From the NCBI GenBank assembly GCA_910586505.1, contig CAJUGV010000001.1:156313-220312 (forward strand): DNA of 64,000 nucleotides, read 5' to 3'. The DNA comes from an uncultured Paraprevotella sp. (GTDB taxonomy: Bacteria > Bacteroidota > Bacteroidia > Bacteroidales > Bacteroidaceae). Positions 20,317 to 30,595 of the stretch are shown in pieces. Positions within the stretch are counted from its first letter, which is position 1; each line of letters begins with the position of its first letter. The notes under the pieces were generated by a model. The model ran no database searches and was not told the DNA's origin. It saw only the letters and a list, made by a program, of their open reading frames with translations. Position numbers and translations under genes: made by a program.

Positions 20317-21411
20317 TCAATCCTCTTTTTTGTGCTTTTTCAAGTATGTTATCATCGGATAATGGTCTGACCACGTAGCTGTCTTGTCCACATGAGTTTC
20401 AAATGTACCCCAGTCATCGGAAACGAAGATATGATCTATACGGAAATAGAACCCTCTCTGATTATAAGACAACCCCAAACCGCATCCAGATTGACGAAAC
20501 GCACTTTGCATACATGATGACATCCTATGACATGAATAAGAGTTGGGAGGATCATTGAAATCCCCGCATACAATCACCGATTTACACCCTGAGTTTTCTA
20601 CATAATGCAACACAGAATCCACCTGCGGTCCCCGTAAACGACTTGCCCCGGCCATCTTTCTCACTAATTCACGAGAATTGACTTCCGCACATCCGTTTTC
20701 CGGATCCTTAATGAGTTCTTTGTATTTCAGTTTGTCTGCTCGCGTCAATTTATAGGACTCCAGATGATTGTTCACCAGCAATACCGTATCACCTTCGTAA
20801 AGCAATTCTACCGCTACGCTTCCGTTCGTAGAGCTTTCATATGCAATACGGCGGGCAGATAAAATGGGTAAGCGACTGTAAACTAATTGTGATTCTTTCT
20901 CTCCATCATTCAATCGACGAATATGATAACCGACAGATTTCATCATACTGTCGATATATGCTGTCAAATGCTTTTGTACAGCCCCTGCCTCCTGAAGACA
21001 AATAATGTCTGCATCCGAAGCCACAAGATAATCCAACATAGGATAGCGCCCCTCATCATCCTTTTCTCCGTGTCCGAGAAACTCTGTATTGTATGTAAGC
21101 AATTTCAAAGTTCCAACTGGTCTCTTTGAGAATATATTCAACGGACAGTAATCGTATATATAAGAGAAAGAAAGCAACATACCTGCAAAGGACAACCAAA
21201 CACGGTGCGCACTGAATATCAGCCAAAAGAAAACAAATGAGATATTGAGCAACAGCAACAAAGGAAACCCCAGTCCGAATAAAGCCATACGGGGATGCAC
21301 CGCGGGATTAACACCTGAACTCAACCCACAAACAAAAAGCAATAGGGCGGCCATCACATTCGCACCCATCGCAAGCTGTATCAATATTCGTTTCAATAGA
21401 TTCATTCTCAT
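20317..21411 (-). CDS. Membrane-anchored endonuclease/exonuclease/phosphatase family protein
   Basis: Three N-terminal TM segments; TYN, ICLQE, GDFND, RIDHIF and SDHYP motifs. Confidence 0.88.
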   Translation of the reverse strand: MRMNLLKRILIQLAMGANVMAALLLFVCGLSSGVNPAVHPRMALFGLGFPLLLLLNISFVFFWLIFSAHRVWLSFAGMLLSFSYIYDYCPLNIFSKRPVGTLKLLTYNTEFLGHGEKDDEGRYPMLDYLVASDADIICLQEAGAVQKHLTAYIDSMMKSVGYHIRRLNDGEKESQLVYSRLPILSARRIAYESSTNGSVAVELLYEGDTVLLVNNHLESYKLTRADKLKYKELIKDPENGCAEVNSRELVRKMAGASRLRGPQVDSVLHYVENSGCKSVIVCGDFNDPPNSYSCHRMSSCMQSAFRQSGCGLGLSYNQRGFYFRIDHIFVSDDWGTFETHVDKTATWSDHYPMITYLKKHKKED

Positions 21412-22337
21412 CGTTGACTGGCATCAAACAACTTACGTTTTTCCTCATCTGATAAACTTGCATACCCCCCCTTACGCACTTTATCCAAAATCCGGTCTAT
21501 TTCATCCGTTTCAGCTTTCTTACGAGCATTATAGGCATAATCATCTTTCCGTTCACCCATTGATACCTTCATATGAGTTCTGGAATATGAGGAAAATCTG
21601 TTTCGCCAATCAGAAAACCACCTTCTCATTTTTCCAAACAAAGAATCCCCCCTGCCATAGTATCCATTGCCTCCGTTCTTTCTCCAATACAAAATAAGTA
21701 GAAAGCCGAACAACATACCGCCAAGATGAGCAAAATGTGCCACTCCGTCACCTGAATTCCCCATAGCAGACAACAATTCAATGACAGCATAACCCAACAC
21801 AAAGAATTTAGCCCGGACCGGCATCGGAAGAGGAAAGATGAACATACGTTCGTCCGGAAACGTCATGCCGAAAGCCAACAATATTCCATAAACTGCTCCC
21901 GAAGCTCCGATCGTAGTCCAGTTATTTAAATAATCAGCCATCGACATAGTAATAGAACCTCCCACATTCACAGTTTCGTAAGCTCCCAGTCCTTGCCACA
22001 AATATTGCACATACTGCACACTTTCCTGTACCAATCCAGCTCCCACACCACACACCATATAATAAAGTAGAAAGCGACGAGCGCCCAAATATGTTTCCAT
22101 GACACGTCCAAACATCCAAACAGCAAACATATTAAAAAGAATATGCGTTATATTGCCATGCATGAACATATATGTGAAAAACTGAAAAATACGGAAATCC
22201 GGAGCCATGAAAAAGTGCAGCCCCAACACATCATCCAGATTCAGACCATTACGTCCGGCTACCAGCTTTGCAAGAAAAAACAAAAGATTGATAATAATCA
22301 GATTTTTTGTTACGGGAGGCAAGTTCATCATATTCAC
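21408..22337 (-). CDS. Rhomboid family intramembrane serine protease with a soluble C-terminal tail
   Basis: HILFNM, GASG (catalytic Ser) and AHFAHLGG (His); tail EIDRILDKVRKGGYASLSDEEK. Confidence 0.9.
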   Translation of the reverse strand: MNMMNLPPVTKNLIIINLLFFLAKLVAGRNGLNLDDVLGLHFFMAPDFRIFQFFTYMFMHGNITHILFNMFAVWMFGRVMETYLGARRFLLYYMVCGVGAGLVQESVQYVQYLWQGLGAYETVNVGGSITMSMADYLNNWTTIGASGAVYGILLAFGMTFPDERMFIFPLPMPVRAKFFVLGYAVIELLSAMGNSGDGVAHFAHLGGMLFGFLLILYWRKNGGNGYYGRGDSLFGKMRRWFSDWRNRFSSYSRTHMKVSMGERKDDYAYNARKKAETDEIDRILDKVRKGGYASLSDEEKRKLFDASQR

Positions 22338-22538
22338 ATGCAGTTTTTATTGTTTATTGTGCCTGCAAAAATAGTAATTTTATTCCACTCGGCTCCCAAC
22401 AACTCGTTCCCTCTAGCTCTTTTTCATAAAAAGAAATATTTTTTCAACGAAAAAATTTGTTTTACCATCTAATTTACATACATTTGCAGAATAGGATATA
22501 AAGTAAGCTATTATTATCTACTTAAATTTATTCATCAG

Positions 22539-22811
22539 ATGAACAAAACAGAACTTATCAACGCCATTGCCGAGAACGCAGGCTTGAACAAGGCAGAAGC
22601 CAAGAAAGCTTTGGATGCAACGATCGAAGCCATCTCGAACGCATTAAAGAACGGTGACAAGATAGCGCTTGTAGGCTTTGGCACTTTCTCTGTCAGCGAA
22701 CGACCGGCGCGTACCGGCATCAACCCTAGAACAAAAGAGCAAATCACCATTGCTGCAAAGAAAATAGCAAAATTCAAAGCTGGAGCAGAACTAACCGACG
22801 CACTTCAGTAA
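22539..22811 (+). CDS. hup: DNA-binding protein HU
   Basis: MNKTELI...GFGTF...RTGINPRT...FKAG; promoter TACATTTG at 22479-22486. Confidence 0.96.
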   Translation: MNKTELINAIAENAGLNKAEAKKALDATIEAISNALKNGDKIALVGFGTFSVSERPARTGINPRTKEQITIAAKKIAKFKAGAELTDALQ

Positions 22812-22833
22812 ACAGAATAACCTATTTAATTGG

Positions 22834-22869
22834 AAAAAAGGGAGAAGCATTTTTTGCTTCTCCCTTTTA
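22834..22869 (+). terminator. Intrinsic terminator of hup
   Basis: AAAAGGGAGAAGC / GCTTCTCCCTTTT; the argS promoter TATCTTTG follows at 22875-22882. Confidence 0.8.
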
Positions 22870-22913
22870 TTATGTATCTTTGCATCCTGAATAGCAGGTA
22901 AAAGACAAACTTT

Positions 22914-24713
22914 ATGAAGATAGAAAACAAAATCACAACGGCCGTCATTCACGGTATCAAAACGTTATACGGTCAGAATGTGGCACCCGCAACGATACAA
23001 CTTCAAAAGACAAAAAAGGAATTCTCAGGCCATTTGACATTAGTAGTCTTCCCCTTTTTAAAGATTTCACACAAAAAACCGGAAGATACTGCTACCGACC
23101 TTGGCACATTCTTAAAAACAGAGATTCCGTCCATCGTATCCGAATTTAACGTTGTCAAAGGCTTTCTTAACCTTGTTATTTCTTCAACAAGTTGGACTGA
23201 AATACTTTCAGACATCCATAACAACGACCATTTCGGACTGACAGCAGCCTCTGAACAGTCACCACTCGTCATGATCGAATACTCCTCACCCAATACCAAC
23301 AAACCACTTCATTTAGGACATGTACGCAATAACCTTTTGGGATGTGCATTAGCCAATATCATGTCTGCCAACGGCAACCATGTTGTGAAAACCAACATCG
23401 TAAATGACCGTGGCATTCACATATGTAAAAGCATGTTGGCATGGCTCAAATATGGAAACGGCGCAACTCCCGAAAGTACAGGTATCAAGGGCGATCACCT
23501 AATCGGCGACTACTATGTAGCTTTTGACAAGCACTACAAAGAGCAGATAAAAGAACTTATGAGCAAGGGCATGAGCGAAGAAGAAGCAAAAAATGAGGCT
23601 CCTCTCATAAAAGAAGCACGTGAAATGCTTGTCAAATGGGAAAATAATGATCCTGAAGTCCGTGCTCTCTGGCGTAAAATGAACGAATGGGTCTACGCCG
23701 GGTTCGATATTACATATAAAAATCTCGGCGTAAATTTCGATAAGATATACTATGAATCTGACACCTACCTCGAAGGTAAGGAAAAGGTTTTGGAAGGATT
23801 GGAAAAAGGACTTTTCTATCGTCGTGAAGACGGCTCCGTATGGGCCGACCTTACCAAAGAAGGTCTTGATGAGAAACTTTTACTCCGCTCTGATGGTACA
23901 TCTGTCTACATGACCCAAGATATAGGCACAGCCAAATTACGTTTCCGTGACTTCCCCATTAACAAAATGATTTATGTGGTAGGTAATGAACAAAACTATC
24001 ATTTTCAGGTACTCTCTATTCTGCTTGACAAATTAGGATTTGAATGGGGTAAAGATCTGGTTCACTTCTCTTACGGTATGGTAGAGTTACCAAATGGTAA
24101 AATGAAGAGTCGTGAAGGTACTGTTGTAGATGCAGATGACCTCGTGGAAGAAATGATAGCTGGTGCCCGCAGAATGTCAGAGGACAAAATCAACAAACTC
24201 ACCAATCTAAGCGAAGAGGAAGCAACGGAAATCGCACGTATTGTAGGATTGGGCGCCCTAAAATATTTCATTCTCAAAGTGGACGCCCGAAAGAATATGT
24301 TGTTCAACCCGGCCGAAAGTATTGACTTTAATGGCAACACCGGCCCATTCATACAGTATACTTACGCCCGTATACGCTCTATCCTGCGCAAAGCAGCCGA
24401 AGCTGGTATCACCATACCCGATACTTTTACAGCACAAGCAGAACTGAGTGAAAAGGAAATAGGGTTGATCCAAATGATGGCTGAATTCCCTGCCGTAGTT
24501 AAACAGGCAGGCACAGACTACAACCCAAGCTGCATCGCTAACTACTGCTATGATCTAGTAAAAGAATACAATCAGTTCTACCATGATTTCAGTATTCTAC
24601 GCGAGGAAGATGAAAACAAGAAAACATTCCGCCTCATGTTATCAGCTGAAGTAAGTAAAATCATACACATAGGCATGGGCTTACTCGGTATTGAGGTACC
24701 TGAACGCATGTAA
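22914..24713 (+). CDS. argS: Arginine--tRNA ligase
   Basis: EYSSPNTNKPLHLGH (HIGH), KMKSREG, YTYARIRSI and C-terminal PERM. Confidence 0.97.
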   Translation: MKIENKITTAVIHGIKTLYGQNVAPATIQLQKTKKEFSGHLTLVVFPFLKISHKKPEDTATDLGTFLKTEIPSIVSEFNVVKGFLNLVISSTSWTEILSDIHNNDHFGLTAASEQSPLVMIEYSSPNTNKPLHLGHVRNNLLGCALANIMSANGNHVVKTNIVNDRGIHICKSMLAWLKYGNGATPESTGIKGDHLIGDYYVAFDKHYKEQIKELMSKGMSEEEAKNEAPLIKEAREMLVKWENNDPEVRALWRKMNEWVYAGFDITYKNLGVNFDKIYYESDTYLEGKEKVLEGLEKGLFYRREDGSVWADLTKEGLDEKLLLRSDGTSVYMTQDIGTAKLRFRDFPINKMIYVVGNEQNYHFQVLSILLDKLGFEWGKDLVHFSYGMVELPNGKMKSREGTVVDADDLVEEMIAGARRMSEDKINKLTNLSEEEATEIARIVGLGALKYFILKVDARKNMLFNPAESIDFNGNTGPFIQYTYARIRSILRKAAEAGITIPDTFTAQAELSEKEIGLIQMMAEFPAVVKQAGTDYNPSCIANYCYDLVKEYNQFYHDFSILREEDENKKTFRLMLSAEVSKIIHIGMGLLGIEVPERM

Positions 24714-24729
24714 ATTACAGCCTCATATC

Positions 24730-25392
24730 ATGGGGAAAAATAAATATTATGTGGTGTGGCATGGAGTCAGTCCGGGAATCTATACATCCTGGACTGACTG
24801 CAAATTGCAAATCAATGGTTTTAAAGGAGCCGTTTATAAATCTTTCAACACCCGCAAAGAAGCAGAAGAAGCTTACAAATCTTCACCCCACTTTTATCTA
24901 CAAAGAAAGACCGAAACATACCCACCACTCCATAAAATATCTGATATCCCGTCTGAACGTACCGACACCGTACTCCCTCTTCCGGCTGAAGTTCCGGCCG
25001 AAGCATTAGCTGTGGACGCTGCATGTAGCGGCAATCCCGGCCCCATGGAGTACCGCGGAGTTTATCTGCGTACCGGACAAACTATTTTTCACTTCGGCCC
25101 TGTATATGGCACCAACAATATCGGTGAATTTTTAGCCATTGTACATGCCCTTGCCTTAATGAAACAGAAAAATATCAGTATACCTATATTCTCCGACAGC
25201 CGCAACGCCATGAATTGGGTTAAACAGAAACGATGTAAAACCAAACTTGAGCGTAACGCACGCACTGAAAATTTATTCCAAATGATAGAAAGAGCCGAAA
25301 ACTGGCTCAAGAATAACAAATACGATATCCCTATCTTAAAATGGGAAACCGACAAATGGGGAGAGGTACCCGCCGACTTCGGCAGAAAATAA
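24730..25392 (+). CDS. Ribonuclease H with N-terminal hybrid-binding (viroplasmin-like) domain
   Basis: KYYVVWHG..PGIYTSW; VDAACSGNPG, TNNIGEFLAI and WGEVPADFGRK motifs; start trimmed to ATG 24730. Confidence 0.92.
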   Translation: MGKNKYYVVWHGVSPGIYTSWTDCKLQINGFKGAVYKSFNTRKEAEEAYKSSPHFYLQRKTETYPPLHKISDIPSERTDTVLPLPAEVPAEALAVDAACSGNPGPMEYRGVYLRTGQTIFHFGPVYGTNNIGEFLAIVHALALMKQKNISIPIFSDSRNAMNWVKQKRCKTKLERNARTENLFQMIERAENWLKNNKYDIPILKWETDKWGEVPADFGRK

Positions 25393-25425
25393 TTATGTAT
25401 CCTTACTGCTTTACTACATAAAAAG

Positions 25426-27246
25426 ATGAAACAACGCTTTCTTTTTCTCATCAAACTTTTTCTAACATTCATGATTTTCTTCATTCTACAGAAAATCATC
25501 TTCATATATCTGAATCAACCGTTGACGCTATCTGCCCTATTCAATGTCATTGTTCACGGTCTAGGACTTGATGCCTCTACCACTGGCTATTTAATGATCA
25601 TACCGTTCCTCACCGTATGGACTAGCATTTGGTTACCGCGCCTTCGTCCACGTACCCTCTTAAGAGCCTATTTCATCATCGCCGCTACACTACTGTCACT
25701 CATCTGTACAGCCGACACCTCGCTCTATGAATTCTGGCAATTCAAACTTGACGCCACCATCTTCAACTACATGGACTCCCCGCGCCAGGCCATGGCAAGC
25801 GTTTCAACCAGCTACCTTCTCATACGCCTGTTCTGGACGATCGTATTCACCGCTTTACTAAGCGTATGCTGCATACGTCTTACTCCCCGCAAATTTCCGG
25901 ATCCGGCCTGCAACATAATGAAACACGGTCTACACAATTTGAGTATCGTACTATTTGGCGGCCTGATATTCCTGGCTATACGTGGCGGAATAGGCCGTTC
26001 CACAATGAATATAGGTAATGCTTACTTCAGCGAAAACACATTCATGAACCATGCCGCCGTGAATCCTGCGTTCAGCCTGCTGTATTCATGGAAGAAAACC
26101 GAAGACTTCGCTGCCAAATACAACTATTTCAACGATGAACAGCTAGCCAAGACGTATTCATCGATCTACCCCGCTTCCACCGAAGACTGCAACCGTAACC
26201 TATTACGTACCAAGCGTCCTCACATACTTATCATCCTTCTTGAAGGATTCGGCGGCGATTACATTGCAGAACTAGGCGGAGCGGTAGACGTAGCCCCCAA
26301 CATAAGCCGTCTTATCCGTGAAAGTATCTTCTTCGACAACGTATATGCCAACAGTTTCCGCACCGATCGCGGATTGGTGAGCGCACTAAGCGGGCACATA
26401 AGCTACCCCATCACCACTATCATGAAAATGCCGGCCAAATCACGCTTACTGCCCGGTGTGGCACTCACACTACGCAAAAACGGCTACGAAACAGACTTCC
26501 TCTACGGCGGCGACATCAACTTCACCAATATGCGGAGCTACTTCACGACCACAGGCTACAGCCGTCTGACAAGCGATACAGATTTCGACCTGAAAGAGCG
26601 TACTTCCAGTTCATGGGGCGCACATGACGAATACGCATTCAACCGCCTCTACAACATGATAGCCGACCGACCTATCGACAGACTATGGCACACGGGATTC
26701 CTCACCCTCAGCAGCCACGAGCCGTTTGAAGTGCCCTTCCACCGTTTCGATGACAAGCGGAAAAATTCTTTCGCTTATACAGACCATTGCTTGGGTAAGT
26801 TCATCGACCGCCTCCGTCAACTTCCAGTATGGGAAAACCTCTTAATCGTATGCCTGCCCGACCACGGCAGCTCACCCACATTCAATGTCATGTCGCCCAC
26901 CTTCTACCACATCCCCATGCTTTGGTTAGGAGGAGCCATCAAAGAACCCGCCATCATACATACTCTGATGAACCAAAGCGACATGCCCGCCACCTTACTC
27001 GGGCAGCTTGATTTGCCGCATCAAGACTTCAAATACAGCCGCAATATTTTCTCCGAAGCCTATAGATACCCCTTTGTCTACTCCACATTCAACGACGGAT
27101 TCATGTTCAAAGACAGTACCGGCGTAACCATTTTTGACAATGCAGCCCGTAAAGCCGTATATGACGAACCGGCCGACGGAACCTTCAGGGAAGAAAAAGG
27201 CAAAGCTATCCTGCAAACGTCCTATGACCAATTGGAAGAGCTCTGA
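25426..27246 (+). CDS. LTA synthase-like / sulfatase-fold membrane phosphotransferase
   Basis: Five N-terminal TM helices; ILLEG, RTDRG, TLSSHEPF and DHG metal-binding motifs. Confidence 0.85.
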   Translation: MKQRFLFLIKLFLTFMIFFILQKIIFIYLNQPLTLSALFNVIVHGLGLDASTTGYLMIIPFLTVWTSIWLPRLRPRTLLRAYFIIAATLLSLICTADTSLYEFWQFKLDATIFNYMDSPRQAMASVSTSYLLIRLFWTIVFTALLSVCCIRLTPRKFPDPACNIMKHGLHNLSIVLFGGLIFLAIRGGIGRSTMNIGNAYFSENTFMNHAAVNPAFSLLYSWKKTEDFAAKYNYFNDEQLAKTYSSIYPASTEDCNRNLLRTKRPHILIILLEGFGGDYIAELGGAVDVAPNISRLIRESIFFDNVYANSFRTDRGLVSALSGHISYPITTIMKMPAKSRLLPGVALTLRKNGYETDFLYGGDINFTNMRSYFTTTGYSRLTSDTDFDLKERTSSSWGAHDEYAFNRLYNMIADRPIDRLWHTGFLTLSSHEPFEVPFHRFDDKRKNSFAYTDHCLGKFIDRLRQLPVWENLLIVCLPDHGSSPTFNVMSPTFYHIPMLWLGGAIKEPAIIHTLMNQSDMPATLLGQLDLPHQDFKYSRNIFSEAYRYPFVYSTFNDGFMFKDSTGVTIFDNAARKAVYDEPADGTFREEKGKAILQTSYDQLEEL

Positions 27247-27551
27247 TAAAGATCTCATTACTAATCTTCCACAGCCATAAATCAGTTCAAGTCAACTTAT
27301 ATCAAAACATATCACCTTCCTGCAAAAGGGATATGGAGGATTACGAACAAGACTTTGCCATAAGGTTCTGGTATACAGTAAGCATGAAATCCTGTATGAT
27401 TCCACCCAGCTATGCGTAACGTAGCAACACTACAGCCTACGCCTATCGTATCATCATCTTCAAAATCCAAATGCAAGAAAAGCAACAGAAAGCACCATAA
27501 GATTTTTTCTATCCTCCCCCTCATCTCTGCCATCAAGGAACTTTGCAACAT

Positions 27552-27628
27552 ATCATACGCATTAATTTAAAACCTTGCTCCCGCTACCAATCTTCGTTTA
27601 TCTTTTATGAGAAAAGTAATCGGTTAAT
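27552..27628. repeat. Diverged direct repeat of 31698..31774
   Basis: Manual ungapped alignment, 57/77 identical. Confidence 0.8.
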
Positions 27629-27726
27629 ATCACACTTGAAAATCAGTCAAGTAAAACAGTATATCCATGTAATTACCTTTTGTAATATTGCAAAAAAACA
27701 TTTTTTGTAAACTATTCCTTTATAGC

Positions 27727-27751
27727 TATCAATTAATTATGTAACTTTGCC
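27727..27751 (+). promoter_or_regulatory. Promoter cassette copy 1 (core), driving the GT2 trio
   Basis: TATCAATTAATTATGTAACTTTGCC contains TAACTTTG; 24/25 identical to the minus strand of 31775..31799. Confidence 0.8.
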
Positions 27752-27860
27752 CTCATAAGATTGCTTTCTTATGAAGAGAGCATGGTTTTATTCTAGACAA
27801 GACGATTTCAAATATCAACAAAGTGTATTACTGCAATTCGAAAATGAGGAGATAACAATT

Positions 27861-28949
27861 ATGTTGCAAAATACAAACATATTAGTAAGCTTAATTATTC
27901 CTGTTTACAACGTTGATACATATATAGCAAGGTGTCTGCAATCCATACAGGAACAATCTTACACGAACTTTGAGGCCATCCTCGTTGACGATTGCTCCAC
28001 AGACGATTCTTATTCCATTTGTCAGGAATTTGCCGCCAAAGACAAACGGTTTAAGGTCATACAAATGCCACAAAACTCCGGTGCCGGAAACGCACGCCAA
28101 AAAGGTATACAAATTGCCCAAGGAGATTTCATAGGCTTCGTCGATAGCGACGACTGGTTAGGACGGAACTTCATCACACACCTCCTTCTTCTCCAACAAG
28201 AAACAGATGCCGACATTGTCTCCTGTCAAGCATTGCACTGCAAACAAGACGGAGACATCTTCGTCAATTTCCCCATCAATCTTAAAAAGACCTACTCTCC
28301 CCAAAATGCATTGATCCTATTGGAGCAAGAGAGTATATTATATCCTGTATTGTGGGACAAACTCTACAAACGTGAAATAGTATTATCCACCAAGATCCGG
28401 ACACAAAGTTGTGAAGACGGCTATGCCCTTATAGACTATATCAGGAAAGCAAATAAAGTAGCTTTCACAGGGTTGCCGTTATATCATTACAATAAGTCAG
28501 AAAATACACTATCCGGCTCCGTCAGCCGTATCGATCATTTCAAGTTCTATTGCCACCTGGCCCAAATACTAAGATCCAACTACGGCTACAAGTCTTCACG
28601 CATTGTAAAAACCGGCTTAAACCATTTACACGCAGCTTGTTGTTTCCGCTACAACAGAAAAATACGTGCGTATATCATCCATCAACTTATCACACTTATC
28701 GGCGGACTACAAGACATGCAACCCAGTCTTAAAGAAAAGTTTCAACGGTTCATCGCACTGCGCTACCCTACTGCCTATGCCACTTACTACAAAAACTACT
28801 TGCGCATATTCCATAAAAAAACATATCAAAACAACTCCTATGCAGTTTGCAATGAGTATAGGATTCTACTCAAAGAAATAATACAAAAGATTAATCAAAA
28901 CGACGCACGTAACTATGAAACTTTCGATTGTCACAATCTGTTTGAATAA
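27861..28949 (+). CDS. Glycosyltransferase family 2
   Basis: VSLIIPVYN, VDDCSTD and FVDSDD motifs; ATG 27861 preferred (alternative 27771). Confidence 0.88.
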   Translation: MLQNTNILVSLIIPVYNVDTYIARCLQSIQEQSYTNFEAILVDDCSTDDSYSICQEFAAKDKRFKVIQMPQNSGAGNARQKGIQIAQGDFIGFVDSDDWLGRNFITHLLLLQQETDADIVSCQALHCKQDGDIFVNFPINLKKTYSPQNALILLEQESILYPVLWDKLYKREIVLSTKIRTQSCEDGYALIDYIRKANKVAFTGLPLYHYNKSENTLSGSVSRIDHFKFYCHLAQILRSNYGYKSSRIVKTGLNHLHAACCFRYNRKIRAYIIHQLITLIGGLQDMQPSLKEKFQRFIALRYPTAYATYYKNYLRIFHKKTYQNNSYAVCNEYRILLKEIIQKINQNDARNYETFDCHNLFE

Positions 28950-29760
28950 CCTGACTGAGTTAAAACGTACTGTAGAATCTATCACCACACAAACATACGA
29001 CGAATACGAATACATTGTTATCGACGGCGGCTCTACCGACGGTTGCGCCGAATACATAAAAAAGACATCGAGAATAGACCAGTATCTCAGCGAGCCGGAC
29101 AAAGGCATCTACAACGCCATGAACAAGGGCATCAGGATGGCGCACGGCGAGTACTGCCTGTTCATGAACTCCGGAGATACATTCTACGACAAGAATGTGC
29201 TCCAAAAGGTTCTTCCTAATCTTACAGGAGGAGATTTCTACGTAGGCCACTCCATTCTTAACGAAGACGGAGCCACCACTCTACGGAGAACACCCCAGAA
29301 GATGACGGCAAAGTTCTTGCTGGAAACCTCGATCATGCACCAATCCACCTTTATCCGTACAGCCTTACTCAAAGACAAGCCCTATAATGAGAACCACAAA
29401 ATAGTATCCGATTGGGAATATTTCTTCTACGAATGGATTTTCAACAACAAGCAATATATTCCACTGGATATAATCGTATCTGTTTTCTATTTAGGAGGAA
29501 TCTCCAATAACCAAAAAAGCCTGCAACAAAACGAAACAGAGCGAAACGAAGTCATCAATAAGCTACTGCCGCGAAGAATCCAGCAAGAACTTTTGCAGAA
29601 GGAGCAGCCCCCTGTAATAGAAAAAAACAAAGTAGAGCAAAAAATAGAGAAAGCACTGTCCAAACCGCCTATCCAACGAGATTTGAAGTTACTTAGAAAC
29701 TCTTTCAAGTTCCTCATACAAGACTGTTGGCATTCCACTTTTAAAAGACAGAAGAAATAA
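28915..29760 (+). CDS. Glycosyltransferase family 2 (WcaE-like)
   Basis: IDGGSTDG, SEPDKGIYNAMNKG, NSGD and HQS motifs. Confidence 0.9.
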   Translation: MKLSIVTICLNNLTELKRTVESITTQTYDEYEYIVIDGGSTDGCAEYIKKTSRIDQYLSEPDKGIYNAMNKGIRMAHGEYCLFMNSGDTFYDKNVLQKVLPNLTGGDFYVGHSILNEDGATTLRRTPQKMTAKFLLETSIMHQSTFIRTALLKDKPYNENHKIVSDWEYFFYEWIFNNKQYIPLDIIVSVFYLGGISNNQKSLQQNETERNEVINKLLPRRIQQELLQKEQPPVIEKNKVEQKIEKALSKPPIQRDLKLLRNSFKFLIQDCWHSTFKRQKK

Positions 29761-29764
29761 GAAC

Positions 29765-30595
29765 GTGAAACTATCCGTCATTACAGTCAATTACAATAAC
29801 CTATATGGCCTCCGAGAGACTATCATGTCCGTTACGGAACAGACCTTTAGGGACTTCGAATATATCATTGTGGATGGAAACTCTACAGACGGAAGCAAAG
29901 AGTACATCACCGAAAAAAATACCGGCTTATGGATTAGCGAACCAGACAGCGGCATATACAATGCCATGAACAAAGGCGTCAGGATGGCGCACGGCGAGTA
30001 CTGCATATTCATGAATTCCGGAGATACTTTCTACGACAGGAACGTACTGCAAAAAGTCATCCCCCTCCTTAACGGAGGAGATTTCTACGTAGGACATCCC
30101 ATGTTAGTGAAAGGCAAAAAAAGCGTAAGGGAGAACATTCCTCACAAAATGTCAATAGGGTTTCTTTTGCTCGGTTCCATCAATCACCAATCTACATTCA
30201 CACGCACCGCCATCCTGAAAGAAAGCCCCTACAACGAAAACTACAGGATTGTATCCGACTGGGAGAAGTTTTTCACCGAATGGTTCTTACATGACCGGAG
30301 TTACATCCCGATAGACATCACCATTGCCAAGTTTCGACAAGACGGTATCTCGTCAAGCAACATGAAACTCTTGCTGAAAGAAAAGCAAGATGTGATAGAC
30401 CGTCTGGTCCCCTCTTACCTGCAAAAAGGGTTACTGCTGGAGGAAGATCTGACCCCGCTTGAAAGAAAAATCAAAAAAGCCATGTCCAAACCTCCCGTAA
30501 GCAGGGACCTCAAACTGTTACGCTGTTCATTAAGATTTTTAATTAAAGACTGCCTGCATCAAATAAAAGCGGTCTTTCCTTTTTTCAAACGATAA
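29765..30595 (+). CDS. Glycosyltransferase family 2 (WcaE-like), tandem paralogue of the preceding gene
   Basis: GTG start; shares GIYNAMNKG.RMAHGEYC.FMNSGDTFYD and the C-terminal SKPP..RDLKLLR. Confidence 0.9.
   Translation: MKLSVITVNYNNLYGLRETIMSVTEQTFRDFEYIIVDGNSTDGSKEYITEKNTGLWISEPDSGIYNAMNKGVRMAHGEYCIFMNSGDTFYDRNVLQKVIPLLNGGDFYVGHPMLVKGKKSVRENIPHKMSIGFLLLGSINHQSTFTRTAILKESPYNENYRIVSDWEKFFTEWFLHDRSYIPIDITIAKFRQDGISSSNMKLLLKEKQDVIDRLVPSYLQKGLLLEEDLTPLERKIKKAMSKPPVSRDLKLLRCSLRFLIKDCLHQIKAVFPFFKR

Noticed and set aside
27312..27551. 79-aa minus-strand ORF behind the repeated flank
   Set aside because: No recognisable motif, and the ATG homologous to the 31702 stub gives only 7 codons; it may be decayed DNA but cannot be assigned.
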